A stretch of 63,964 nucleotides of DNA, filler included, from Polymyxa betae A26-41 (lineage: Eukaryota; Protista; Endomyxa: Phytomyxea), in NCBI GenBank assembly GCA_003693705.1. It is 8 parts of 8 records of this genome, joined end to end, with 100 filler letters (N's around TTAATTAATTAA, not from the genome) between each part and the next. Parts side by side here need not be neighbours in the genome. Positions count along the whole stretch, not along the records: positions 1 to 17,988 come from RBZT01000147.1; positions 18,089 to 27,662 come from RBZT01000581.1; 6 more parts are not named here. One strand, written 5' to 3'. The notes beneath the pieces are model-generated. The model saw nothing but the letters and a program-made list of their open reading frames with translations, was not told where the DNA came from and did not search any database. The position numbers and the translations under genes are program-made. Positions 13,098-25,940 of this stretch are shown piece after piece. Position 1 is the first letter of the stretch; every line of letters begins with the position of its first letter.

Positions 13098-13599
13098 CTC
13101 CATATAGACGTTCCTACAACTAAATGATGAAACACATCGAGCTGCTGAATGCATTTGATAAATATATTCAATATTGATCGGTTGTGAGGTAGGTGAAATT
13201 CAAATCTGATCCTAGAAAATAGCATTAAACTTGGTTGATTCATTTAAAGTCAAAGTATTATTTCATGTTGAGAAGCCAAATGCCAATGACGAATTGATCA
13301 ACATTTTCAAAAACAGTGGAAGATTCTTATACGATACACCTATTAAATTAATCAGACCTTGTTGCAGATATTCAAAGGCGATATCATTGGGGACAACGAA
13401 AACCAAACAATTTCGGGGATTGAACACATCGCTATTTCAAGTGACATTTTGTTCCGAATCGTCTTAACTATTAACAGCACTAGAGCTGATCTTCCACTGG
13501 ACAGTCTATTATTAGGTGTAAGAGGCCACGTGACCGATTTAAAAGTCAGCACGTAACCCTCTGGAAGTCCCAAATTTAGCCGTAGCGGGATGAGTCAGT

Positions 13600-16500
13600 T
13601 GTTGACATAGTCGTACTGGCCCACCTGCCGGCTACACCAAACGAGCTCGTGCCCTTATAATCTATCCAAACACATCAAGGCGCGTGCCTGATTAACTATC
13701 TAATCTTTTTATTAATAATGCAAGTTCATTCCTTGAGTTGTATAATTCTCACCAAGCGTTCTAGTAGCAGTTCTACAACAGGTTATTGGCCCAGATCACG
13801 CAAACGTTATCTCGTCCCACGATCACGATAGCAATCATGAGCGACTCAAAGATTTCCATGCAGCTGACTTCTTACACGCTGACGGACCGCAACTGGCAGT
13901 TATGGCGTCGAGAGGTCGTCATCGGCATGAAACGCATCAACGCGTACAACATCATGAAGGGGAACGAAATTCGACCATTCCCGATCAACAGTTTCGCGAA
14001 CCTTATCCCGGACGCAGCTAAGCTTGCCGAAGCTCAACAAAAGCTCTCCGAAGCAACGGTCGCGTTTATTACAGTCCAGAAGAAAAGTCAAGAAAACCCT
14101 AATGACGAAGTGCTAGCCAGAACGTTCCAAAACGCAAGAGCAGACCTTGAACTGGCCAGTGACGACTACATTCTTCTAACGACCAAATCTCCACCCAAGA
14201 CTTCGAGTTCCGACTCATCAGCGGGGAGAGACACAGCAGACTGGGAGCGACGACATGACCAAGCTTATCATCTTCTCATTATGTCGCTGTCCGAGACGTA
14301 CAAAACGCTTACAATCGACTGCCGTGACCTCGAGTCTACTTGGAGCACACTCGAAAACCACTTTGAGAGCAATGCGGCAGCCGACGTCATTGCCGCCGAA
14401 TCCCAACTCGACCAGCTGCGGCATGGAGACAACGATGATATACTGGAGTTCTTGAACACCATCAGACTGCTTCGCAATATGCTGGCCAGTGCCGGCGCAC
14501 CCGTCTCTGATCGGAAACTGTTCTTAACAGTTATAGAAAAGTTACCGAAGAAAATGCAAGCTCTACATGACACCATTCTGTACGGGCCTGACGATCGTAA
14601 GACATACGCCGTGCTGGAGCAGACATTATCGTCTTATGCCAAAAACAACCCAAGACGCCCACATTCCGAAGAAGCAAACCTGACTGCGACAAAGGAGAAG
14701 ACTTGCAGGCATTGTAAGTTGAAAGGCCATACAAGGGGTGAATGTCGAGCTCGTCAACACGTCTGCAAGAAATGTGGAGCGACTGGTCATTTCGAAAAAC
14801 GGTGCAAGAACAAAGACAAGCCTGACTCAAACCGCAAGTTTACTGATGAAACCCAGACGACCAATTACGCGTTCTCAATCGGCGCCAGCAAGAAGCCGAG
14901 CTGGATCATCGATACAGGAGCAACAACATCAATTAGTCCGGACGTAACCCCGGACCGGACCACACCAGGCGAGTACATTACGATGGCAAACGGCGCCGCG
15001 ATCCCGGTCAAAGGCCGAGGGCACGCAAATGCGGGTTTCCCGATCACAACCGTCCTCTGCGTTCCTGAAGCGAGCCGACCTCTTCTCTCAATCGGAAAGG
15101 CATGTGACGACGGTGACATCGATATTGCAACTTTCGACCAGAATGGATGTAAATTGTTTAAGTCAGGGAAAATCATCGCAACAGGCACCAGACGCAACGG
15201 TTTGTACGAGCTATCCAACGAAGTGCGTACGGAGGAGGTTCTTCATGCTTTAGCACCATTAGAACGATGGCATCAAAGGCTGGCGCATTCTCCTCACGCC
15301 GTCGTTAAGGAAATCATCTGCAGACAGACCGCGACAGGACTCGAGCTGAACGAGAAGACTATAAGCACTAACCATAAGTGCGAGGCTTGCGAAACGGGCA
15401 AATCGACGAAATTACCCTTTCAACTCCGCGACCCAGATCACCGAGCCAAATTACCAGGGAGAGTCATCCACATCGACCTCTGTGGGCCGATGCAAATCGA
15501 GAGCATCCAAGGCAACTGATACGCCATGCCTGTCGTTGATGAGCAATCCAGATTCGTTACCATTTACTTCATGGCTAGGAAAAGCGAAGCAGCAGACTTA
15601 CTGCTGAAGTGCATCAAAGAGTATGAGACCTACACAGGCAACCGGGTCAATACAGTTCAGGAGACAATGGCGGGGAGTTCACATCAACGTACCTGAAGAA
15701 CGAGCTCGCCGACAGAGGGACACGCCTGCAGACGACCATCCCGTACACGCCAGAGCAAAACGGAGTGGCTGAAAGAATGAACAGGACATTGGTCGATCGA
15801 GCAAGAACCATGTTAACGCACGCAGGCCTAAAGACAGAGTTTTGGCAGTTCACGATGGCAACAGCAACCCACGTAACGAACCGGCTGCCGACGAACGCCA
15901 ACGGAAGAAGGTCACCCTACGAACTATGGACTGGACGGAAACCAGACCTGCAGCACATTCGCGTATTCGGATGCAGAGCCTATGGAGACATTCCAGATCA
16001 GAAAAGGCAAAAATTCGATGTCAAAGCTAATGTTTGCATCTTCTTGCCACGAATCAAAAGGGATACGTACTCATGGACGAAAGCACCGGCAGCATCATCA
16101 CATGCAGAGACGTCATCTTCGACGAATTGCACTTTCCTCAAAAGAATTCGACACAGCAGCGTGACATTCTAGGAGGCAAGGGAGAGCCATGCACCACAGC
16201 TACCGAGCTCGACATGCATCTTAAGCCATCCCCTTCAATCGAGCTCAATCATCAACCAGAACTGCCTCCGAAGACGTCAACGCCGCTCCAGAAACCTTCG
16301 ACGATACCTGAAGATCATGATCAACAACATCTTCGAGAATCGGATGAAGACCCGCACCAAAATAATACTACAGAACCGCACGCAATTGTTGATATACAAT
16401 CGGACGACGACCATGAGCCCTAGACCCAGCAAGCAACTGCTCCAAAATCATCGACACATAGATCAACACAAAATCGCCGAACATCATTCTCTTCCCCAAC

Positions 16501-17367
16501 AGAATCCGCAAAACTAAAGAGAAGAACTTCCTCTCGCATCAAAGTACAACCTGTACGTCTAGAGGATGAACAAGGAGATGAATACATTGCAAGAACAAGC
16601 ACAAGATCAATCATACCGTTCTGACGGTAACAGAGCCTCGAACATACGACGAAGCCATGAAGAGTCTCCAAAGAAACGAATGGCAAGACGCGATGGAAAA
16701 AGAATTCGACTCGCTCAACAAGAACAACACATGGACACTCTGTCAACTACCTGCAAACAGAAAAGCAATCAAGTCAAGATGGGTTTACAAGGCAAAGACA
16801 AAACCTGACGGTACCATCGAGCGCTACAAGGCAAGACTCGTCGCTCAAGGCTTCAGCCAACGACACGGTATCGACTACGATGACACATTCTCTCCGGTTG
16901 CGACCATGCCGACGATCAGTATCCTCATCAGCCTGCAAGCACATCACTGGCATGTAAGACAGCTCGACGTGGACACAGCATACCTGAACGCCAAGCTGGA
17001 CACAGAACTGTACATCACGCAACCGAAAGGATTCGAAATCGCGAACAGCCAGGGAGAGCCGATGGTTTGTAGGCTAAACAAGGCAATATATGGCCTGAAA
17101 CAAGCCGGACTCGCCTGGTACAACCACTTGACGCAATTACTTCAGGACATGAGCTTCGAGAAGTCGACTTCCGATCAAAGCCTGTTCATGAAGCGATCAC
17201 ATAACCCGGTATTCGTTGCAACTTATGTTGATGACCTGATAGTTGCATCCCCATCACTCGACAACATCATCGACTTTGAGAAGGACCTGCAGAAAAGGTT
17301 AAACATCAAGATCCTCGGAGATATACGACACATACTAGGATGGAACGTCAACTTTGTGGACGGATAC
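13600..17367 (+). mobile_element. Ty1/Copia retrotransposon: 5' LTR 13600-13780, PBS, gag-PR-IN-RT with stop/frameshifts; interrupted at 17368
   Basis: LTR TGTTG...CAACA; PBS GGTTATTGGCCCAG; two CCHC knuckles; WIIDTGA; GAG-pre-integrase WHQRLAH/CEAC; IHIDLCGP; EQNGVAERMNRTL; RYKARLVAQG; QLDVDTAYL; YVDD. In-frame TGA at 15517. Confidence 0.95.
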
Positions 17368-18979
17368 TGTCATGCCCATTGAGCATNNNNNNNNNNNNNN
17401 NNNNNNNNNNNNNNNNNNNNNNNNNNNNNNNNNNNNNNNNNNNNNNNNNNNNNNNNNNNNNNNNNNNNNNNNNNNNNNNNNNNNNNNNNNNNNNNNNNNC
17501 AACGATTCCGATCAACTCCAAAATTCATACGTTTCTCATCTCGTCTCCGACTCTCTATTGTTTCGTTCTCTCGCCTCGCATCACCTCCGACTCCCCTCCG
17601 ACCTTCGTCTCCGCTCCGCCTCCGTCTCACCGGCACCGCTCCGTACGTCCTTCCTACGCTCCACTACGATCCCCTCACCGCTCCACTCCGACCCTCTCTC
17701 CGCTCCACTCCGTGCCCCGCCGCTCCGCCTCCGAGGACTCCCTGACGTCGCTCCGTTGCAGGACACCGGTCCCCCGCGTCCTACCCTCTGCTCCCGAGTC
17801 ATCGCACCGCTTATCTAACCAATAAAAGGGGACTTTTTACTCGATCCTAACAGTTTGATCGGAATCCCCTTTCTTCCAGCTCTTTCAAGTTCCCGCATTA
17901 TTTCTGCCTGCTATTTTACCCTCAAGCCTATCTCCGTTTCCCTACGAGTTACCTCTACGAATTTTCTATTTGGGTTGTGTCCCTTGGANNNNNNNNNNNN
18001 NNNNNNNNNNNNNNNNNNNNNNNNNNNNNNNNTTAATTAATTAANNNNNNNNNNNNNNNNNNNNNNNNNNNNNNNNNNNNNNNNNNNNAGCGCGATTACC
18101 TCATTGCAGTTACAAATTTTGCAGGTTTTAGCTCTTTGATTTCTCCTTTGCAGTCGATAACTGTCTCCTTGAACAAGAGCTGCGTTATTAATGATAGCTT
18201 TAATGGAAAGGTAGTTGTAATATTAAAGTAGATAATGCAGAGATGTGGTGTAAAGACGTTGTCAGATAATTTTTGAAAATGCCCACAGCTACGATCCTAT
18301 AAATGAGATTGAATTGTGTTCAACTAATTTCAACAAACTATTAGAATCGAATCAGGACAAATCTCAGAAAAAGAGACACCCGATATTTGTGGACTTTATC
18401 TGACTATCTCTTCACCAACCTAAATGGGTAATCATTCGACTTCCTATCACCCTGTAGTCTTGTACGAGAGCGTTATCACTCCTGAGATATGCATTGTCTG
18501 GGATTCTGCCATGGTCGATTATGACCAACATGACAGGGCAAATATCAATGCAGAGAATGTTTATAAACCTACCTGAAATTCAGTCATAGGAAGATACTGC
18601 CTTAGAAATNNNNNNNNNNNNNNNNAAGTTTTCAAAGAACCTTCCACATTTGGTTATCTGATAAATAGAGCTTTACATTTCGAGGTTTGTTCACCAAAGA
18701 CTTAAAAAATCTCCAAGAATCAGTAATATATAAGTAATTGTTGAACTAAATGGCTGTTTGTGGTAGCGTCTATGTTCGTGCTCAAGTTATCTGAGAAGTC
18801 TTCGTATTGGTTCAAGTAAATTCTGATTTACGAACCACTGTTCCATTAACAGCCATCTCTTCACCATTCTTCCGAATCTGTACAGATCTGGGCCACAGTT
18901 CTATTATTTACATTGTCGGGTCCTTTTATTACTTTGAGACCGTTTATAAGTTTTAATTTTCTGCTGAAAATACTTACAA

Positions 18980-19467
18980 GGTACCTCTCATATCAGGAAC
19001 AGCTCGCGATCGACATCGTTATCGTCGACGAATCGCTTCAACTCAGAGCAGATGAAGGCAAGAACAGGAACGATCTTTGGCTGAATTTCCAACATTTCAT
19101 GGGATTCATCTAGGATAAGATAATATCATAAATGCAGGACATTGTTGATAGCGATCCAATTGACGCTCTAACGATGATGATGCACGAATGGCTAACAACT
19201 GACCCTGCGCTTGCCACCATCAGTATCCTCGACGTACATAGACCATCTACCGAGCAAATCATCTGCAGTGACTGGACCAGGATCCATGACATCGACCTGG
19301 CTTTAGTACCTGATAGATGGGTCGTGTCATATTCTCTCCAGAACCTCAATCTGCTCTTACTTGATGGCTGTCCTGGTATGTTTACCATTTCTTGATTTTC
19401 ATCATGGTTTTATTTCATCTCGCCGGTCTCTTCATCCTGTTCTAATTTATTTACTGCTTACAACCTG
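18980..19467 (+). pseudogene. Fragment of an unknown gene; its last ~150 bp are repeated at 24060-24211
   Basis: Consecutive ORFs separated by stops; direct repeat seen in sequence. Confidence 0.35.
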
Positions 19468-20389
19468 TGTTAGCGAACATCTGTTGATATCGCCGCATCA
19501 AAGCGTTGAGGACTCTTAACTCTCGGACCGCTTCATTCAACATGTTGATTCGTGCAGTAGCGTCCAATTGTCTAGGGTTCAATTCCATTAAACATAACAA
19601 GCCTCGCATTCGTTCTGTATTTGGTCAATCGTATGTCACCGTGGAACTGAGCATGGAATGCATTGCCTAATGAATTCGACACGCAATGGCAATCTAACAT
19701 ACTGAGATTGCGACGTTCTAATTCGGAAAGCGCAGCAATTGCAGGATGGATATCGGCAACTATGTCGTTATTGTAGAATGGTTCTCCATTCTTACAACGA
19801 TATTCCAAAGATCCGTGCTCGTGAGATGATGTCTAATTATTTGAGACAAGTTCTGGATCTATGTCTAGACTGAAATATGAAGGGTTCAGGAATGAGGAGT
19901 AAAGCATTGGATCACCGATTGATTTCGCCAAGCTTAAATATTTTTTATAAAATTTATGCAGCAAGTACTCTTTGCTATCTCCACGTTATATCGAATACTC
20001 GTGAGATCTGGCAAATAAAGTCCCCCACAGGCTCAGATTCTTGAGAGTTTTATCTGAGATGCATTCATTAAATTATTGGGGCCTCTTTTTATCCGACACA
20101 ATAACGATGGGTTTTTTGGGAAAATGATCGTTTTGTAGGATAGGCACGGTTACCGTTAGACCGGTTACCAAAGTATTGTGACCGGTTTTACCACCATGAG
20201 TAAATACTGATTTCTTTTTAAGTGCCCACAACGATTATGTCCAACTCAGAACAGTCTCTATGATATGGAAATACTGATTAGATTGCGATTTGGCATCTCC
20301 TACGGGAGAAACTCTGTTGAAGCGCAACTTATTAATAGCAGATGTAGAAATCAGTTCGAAAGTTACTCACCCCACCGTGTTGACATCTA

Positions 20390-21143
20390 GTTTGACTCGC
20401 CCGAACTCATAACAGAAACTAAACCCGGTCTGCTACACGACTTCGAAAGGGCGTTGAAGTCATGGCCGGAGCAATCCTGGACATTCGTTGACCTGCTTAA
20501 TGACCCATTTTCGATTGTGTTCGCGACAATACGATTCAGCACACCGATCGCTATACTGAATGGCCTGACATACGTCATTGGCTGATTGATGAGATAGCGC
20601 CAGGAGCTGCTCCCGGTGGGCTTCCAACTCCCGGTCCATCGCAACCGATTCCCGAAGCGAGCAGCTCTACTACGGATTGTTCAGAGCAGATTTCTCGTGC
20701 GACACAACAAGACCGCTTCCGGATCAGAATCCAGTCTCTTCAACTGAATCAGATCCAATTCCTGATCCAGGGTCCATTCCTTCGATATCAAGTTCATTGC
20801 GACCTATTTTTGCTTCCGAAACTAACAGCTTCTATGTGCATCATTCAGAGCCGATCCTTAATCGAGAATCTGAAGCTCTCGTCTCTGATTCTTCCGAGTC
20901 CAATGCTGTTTCCGAACCCCATGTCCCGACTCCGATTCTGCAAGATTCAAGTTCCGTTTCTGTGAAGAAGGATTCGGATTCAAAATCATCAGGTGAGCGA
21001 ACTTGGAAATCTCGCTTCTAATTTTTGAAATTTTCTTGTTCAGGAATTTATATCATAGTAATTGTGTCTATTGTCATTATCTGTGTATTCATTGCTATAC
21101 TCGCTCTAACAAGTAAAAAGTTGCTCAAAGGCCATCGTTGTAG
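20390..21143 (+). pseudogene. Ser/Pro-rich-stalk protein with a C-terminal TM helix (paralog at ~46200-46590, minus strand); 5' part apparently disrupted
   Basis: PDPGSIPSISSSLRPIFASETNSF..., an intron at ~20993-21043, then GIYIIVIVSIVIICVFIAILALTSKK. Confidence 0.55.
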
Positions 21144-24100
21144 TTCTATCTGTGCTGTTAATCAAGTCTGTTAAAGTTGGAGTCCAGGTATCCTTTAAAC
21201 TCTTTAATACATTATTACAACCTCTCGTTCCTGACATTATTCACATCTCTTCATATTCCAAAACATAATATCGACATTATCGACCGCTTTCCCATTCATT
21301 GTGATGTTTGGTGATGTTTAATTGTTTGTCATTCTTATTATTGTAATACTCCTATTGGATACGCTGCCGACATTTACCTATGTGAGAGATGTTGCACAAC
21401 TTAGAACAGATGATCCACGAAGTATAATATTCCTTTATGTCGTCGTGAGAGATGATTATCACAAGCGAGAGATTGGCATTAGACGATTGGTGGTCAATTG
21501 CTGACATTCCTGCCAAGATCCATAACTATCAGAATTACGAATACACTCCTGGGCTCTGCTGTTTGTAGCCTACAGAAACAGAATCATACATTTTACCTGC
21601 AAAATGGAATGCCTCGTTCACCTTCATTAAAATAGATTCTTTCCAAGGCGATAGATAAATGTTCGTTAAATCTACCGAGACCCCTTTTTGGTACTCTTCC
21701 ATTCCAGATGTCAATAAGCAGACATCCAAAATGGTATATAAGTATTCAAGAATCTCTTCGATATATTGTGAGCATTCTTAAGAATAAATATGCACAGCAT
21801 GGGATATAGACGAAAATATTCGTACTGAGCTTGATGCTGAAGAACAGCGACTATCAACCTGAAACTACATCTTGACCTTTGACCGAATACTTCTTCGAGA
21901 CCGATATAGCAGTACAAAACAAAAGGTTTATTTGAAAAAATGTAAAGACCGACGATTAGACAGCAATATACAAGACAAACTGCAAAAGCGAGGACCAACA
22001 AAAAAGTGAACGGAGAAGAATCGTGAAGTAATGTCAACACATGGAGACATAGAGCTATAGGCTGCAGAATTAAAAATTGCAATTATAAATAAATAGAGAA
22101 ATGATCAGAGATCGAATCAAGGTGGAAGCGAAATCATCCCAGCTGACATGAAGGCACCTGATTTATACCAATGTCAGAATAAAAGCTGAAACCAAATCTC
22201 TTGAGCCTACCAACAACGAATATACATCCATATCTATATATCGAAGTGCATGACGATGACCATTGTGGAATAAATGATACAGGCTGCCTAGCACGATGAA
22301 GGGTAAAAAAGTCGTGCTGCCGTAATGCAAAACATAGACGAGATACTATATGAGAGTCTATAGAGAGATATTGCCATGTTAAGGGAATCATCTTACTTAA
22401 TCTGGAAGCTAATAGTCAGTTAGTTTATCAGAAAACATTCTTTAAACATTAGAGCTAACTAAAGCTGTGAAACAATTCGAAAAATTCCCATTACAAGATC
22501 AAGCATCAAAATTAGAATATGAATGAACCTCTCCCTAAACTAATCCTGTTTTAACTGGTCGAAGTCAGGCTTTGACCTGGTTTTGCTACTTCAAATCAGT
22601 CCAGGTTTTGATCAGCAGACAGTCACATCATAGATCCTTGCGAAGTGCTTTTATAAAGTTTTAACTTTATAAATCGTAAATACTTAAGATGAAGATGAAG
22701 AACCTCTGATGGATTTGATTCAGCAGCATATGGCTGTATTAACTGCTGAGCCGTTATATATTTCACATTCATATAGCCATACAATATTTCTCTGAGCATA
22801 GATACGCCATGCTTGGCAATCACTGGCTATCTGCTAAATTCTGTAAGGTATGTAAGCTCATTTCCTTTGATACTGATTGAGATAGTCTGTTAACATGCTG
22901 GTTCAGTTACCAGAATTTGGTCACGCCTCAAATGATTGAATACCGTAGTTGGTTTCTAGGTATGCACAAGTTCTGAATACAGCTCTTCGAAGATATTTGT
23001 AAAAATGATAACCTTATTGCTCTTCATTAATTTTTTGAATATGGTTGACACTAATTGTCAATGTACTGCTTAGAAATATGCACCTTATCAGTACAGTTTA
23101 TTCTGATATATGTTGTGGACTTGGTATGAATGAGTCTATCTTCGTTAAACCAGTATATATTTCCATGCTATGTTTGACATCTTTCAGGGGAAACTAAGAA
23201 AAGCAAACATTATAGAAAACGTTTGTGGGAAGAATTCCTGATATTCATACCGAATGCCGAATATCAGAAAGGTCATTGATCAAAGCTCTAAATAGCAGAC
23301 GCAGCTTCACCCTATCTATAATCACATCGTTATTTCTACCAGAAATCCTTTGTGCTAGTATACTGAACAGACAACGGGCCCTGGAACAATGTCCATTGAA
23401 GATCATCTGCTTCCGACTTGCCTTAGTGTTGGTAAGAATCAGCCCATCTCCCAAGTCCTGTTCCTTCGACAATTTCTCTGTTATTATTTATGGTTTGATG
23501 CCTGTAGACCACGCCGACGATACTTATATTCGTGTTGATAGTTAGTGACGTTGCCTTCCATGTGCATTCGAATCCGTTCCTCGATACATTCTCCCATCCA
23601 AGATATAAGTGGCTGCGCCAACCATTTCCCAGTAATGAAACTGACAGTGATCTGGGCCGCCCAACAGTTGCTAAAGCAACCAGATCGACTAGCTGCCTCA
23701 ATTGCCATAGCACGAGCATCATCGACATATCCTTTATTTCAGAGTTGTTTGGCTGCTGATGTCAAGATAACTAGTTGGGCTACATTTGGTTATTGCTTTG
23801 AATTCACTTGCACTTTACTATTTGGGTTAAAGGCTCTTGATGTTTCGAAGCCAATATATGTACTGTTTCGCATGCTTGATAAGGTATTAAGCTTTGCTGC
23901 TACCAATAGCTTTATTCGTGACGTTTGTTTTGTTATCAAAGTAAACTGGATTGCTCGAATTCTCATGATGTCATTTAGTGTAAGCCGCCGAGATCGCTTT
24001 CAGCTTTGCTAACTTCAAGATACTAACAGCAGATGCCTTTGGCGAGGGTGGGGGGGGGGGATGGTGTCGTGTCATATTCTACCCAGAACCTCAATCTGCT

Positions 24101-25109
24101 CTTACTTAATGACTGTCCTGGTATGTTTACCATTTCTTTATTTCATCATGGTTTTATTTCATCTCGCGGGTCTGTTCATCCTTTTTTTATTTATTTACTG
24201 CTTACAACTTGATGTTAAGTATATCGTGCATCTAAATCAATATTATCATGGGTCAAATTTTGAATATTTCTCTCAGTGAGAGTAGCTGGATATCATCTAT
24301 TGAATGCATAGATGGGGTATTCGCCAAACCTGCTCTTCAAGAACACTTTCCAGTCTAATGTTATCTGTTTTCTTCAAAGGTAAACCCATTGGGACACTCA
24401 TCTTTGATAGATGAATGTCATTACGCCGATGTCAGGTGACTTCCTTCAAGTCCTGAATCTTCATCATGCTGATTATCCAGATGCGTCCACATTGTCGTCC
24501 TATATTTCAATGCAAAATCGTTCCGGATTTTCAGTGTGAACTCAACCACGTATTGTTTGAGGACCTCGGTTACCAGCGTGTCTCCCATGTTGAGAGTTCA
24601 CATCGCCCTTGAGATCCATATCGCTGCCAAGTGGTGGCAAATCGCAACAGTACTATGGACCCGACGCTGTTAAAAAAGTAAGGTTCTTTATCAACAAAGT
24701 CGATATTTGCAGTGCAATCCAGGATATTTGAAGGCCCTTTCTGCGAAACGATAAAGAAAATTTTCAACGAGGTCATCTCGGAGAAGACAAAGCCGGGTCA
24801 GGTCCCGGAGCAACTGGAAGATCCCAAGAAGGAAGAGAACGGTCCTAAATTTCTCTTCACATCAGCTTTCCACATGTCGCCTGTTGGATGCATTGGTTAA
24901 TCGATAATCTCAGCAATTGTGGCAAAGATCGTGAAATACCTCTGGAAGCTGGTGAAGCCGTTAGCATTGTCTGCTTGAATGAAATTCGTTTTAAGGATGC
25001 GCGTTCTGCGGGAACAAATTGACGAAGTTGTTCTCACTATTCGTCAGATTGAGATGGACATCTCCACTCTGGAAAAAGAGGAAGATAAATTCTCAAATTG
25101 ATGGCGCGA

Positions 25110-25940
25110 ATGGGAAATAAATCGATTTGAATGCATTGTCACTACCGATATATATTGTTTTTTTTTGTGAAGCATTGTCTTTATTGGAAGGCTCGGTCCC
25201 AGTATTTTACCGTATCCCCATTGTGAATATCGATTCCTTTAACCTTCCATCAACAGCTGATAGTTTCGCTTTTAGTCCAGCAATTACAATTCTGTCTTTT
25301 GCATTGAAAAAGGGGGTCTTCGCTTTGCTTTGCACCTTTTCCGCCATTTCTGATATTACTGTCTGTGGTCACCACTTTCCAGCCTGTATGTATACAGAAG
25401 GGCGCCAGCCGCCAGTGATGTAAAATTGACAAAAAAGTTTTGAACCATACCAGAGGGGGATATGGTCCACTCAGCAATCTGTTTGTTTATTGTGAGTAGG
25501 GTTCGCAATTCAGGTACGATTCTCGGCATGGTTGTCTATTGTAATCTATATGACATATCATTAGATGGGGTCGGGAAAATGTGACAACCAGGCAAGATTC
25601 GGCCGGTATATCTAAAGAAAAGGTCGAAGCTTGCTGCCAATTTGTAATCTGAGTGACGTTTGCCCTAGAGCCATGCAAGTTTGTGGCGACATAGAATCTA
25701 CATCAAATCATGGAGCCATGGCGCGCTGTTTCCAGACCATTTCTCTATTGTGCTTGCGACACTTTCGCCTGTTTTAATATCGGCTGTCATGATTCCCATA
25801 ACGTCAGTAATGGCTCATGTTCAGAACTGTTCTGCACACAACAGCGGTAGCACCCTGGAAACTGTTTCAATTCACATCACTTTCAGAACAAGAGCAACTG
25901 AAACTATTCATCTCGAGCTGAGCTTTTCATCTGTGTGTTG
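25110..25940 (-). other. Endogenous viral element: decayed RdRp core of a segmented negative-strand RNA virus (bunya/articulavirus-like L or PB1)
   Basis: One minus-strand frame (with stops) reads DEKLSSR*IVSVALVLKVM*IETVSRVL (motif F), then STIEKWSG (A), then ~97 aa later SPSGMVQNFFVNFTSLAAG (B). After frameshifts come KVVTTDS (possible C), TMGIR*N...SQKKTIYI (D) and (E>A)FKSIYF (E). No introns. Confidence 0.72.

Noticed and set aside
17500-17988. Pro/Ser- or Arg/Gly-rich ORFs in a pyrimidine-skewed contig
   Set aside because: Low-complexity sequence between two gaps, probably retroelement UTR or LTR; no supportable product.
17989-18088. N-flanked TTAATTAATTAA palindromes (also ~27707, 32824, 42053, 56490, 59780, 62391)
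   Set aside because: Artificial scaffolding linker with stops in all six frames. It is not biological, and adjacency across these joins is unverified.
21322-21504. Small secreted peptide family (with 45735-46043)
   Set aside because: The similarity comes from a segmental duplication extending well beyond the ORFs. One copy is frameshifted, and the opposite strand looks at least as coding-like.
25070-25098. EFIFLFF as RdRp motif E
   Set aside because: It is the antisense of a GAR-rich coiled-coil-like plus frame (EKEEDKFS). The upstream (A)FKSIYF fits the spacing after KKT better.
21130-25940. Stop-codon reassignment to explain the in-frame stops
   Set aside because: All three stop types plus frameshifts occur, and host genes end normally at TAA/TAG; simple decay explains it.
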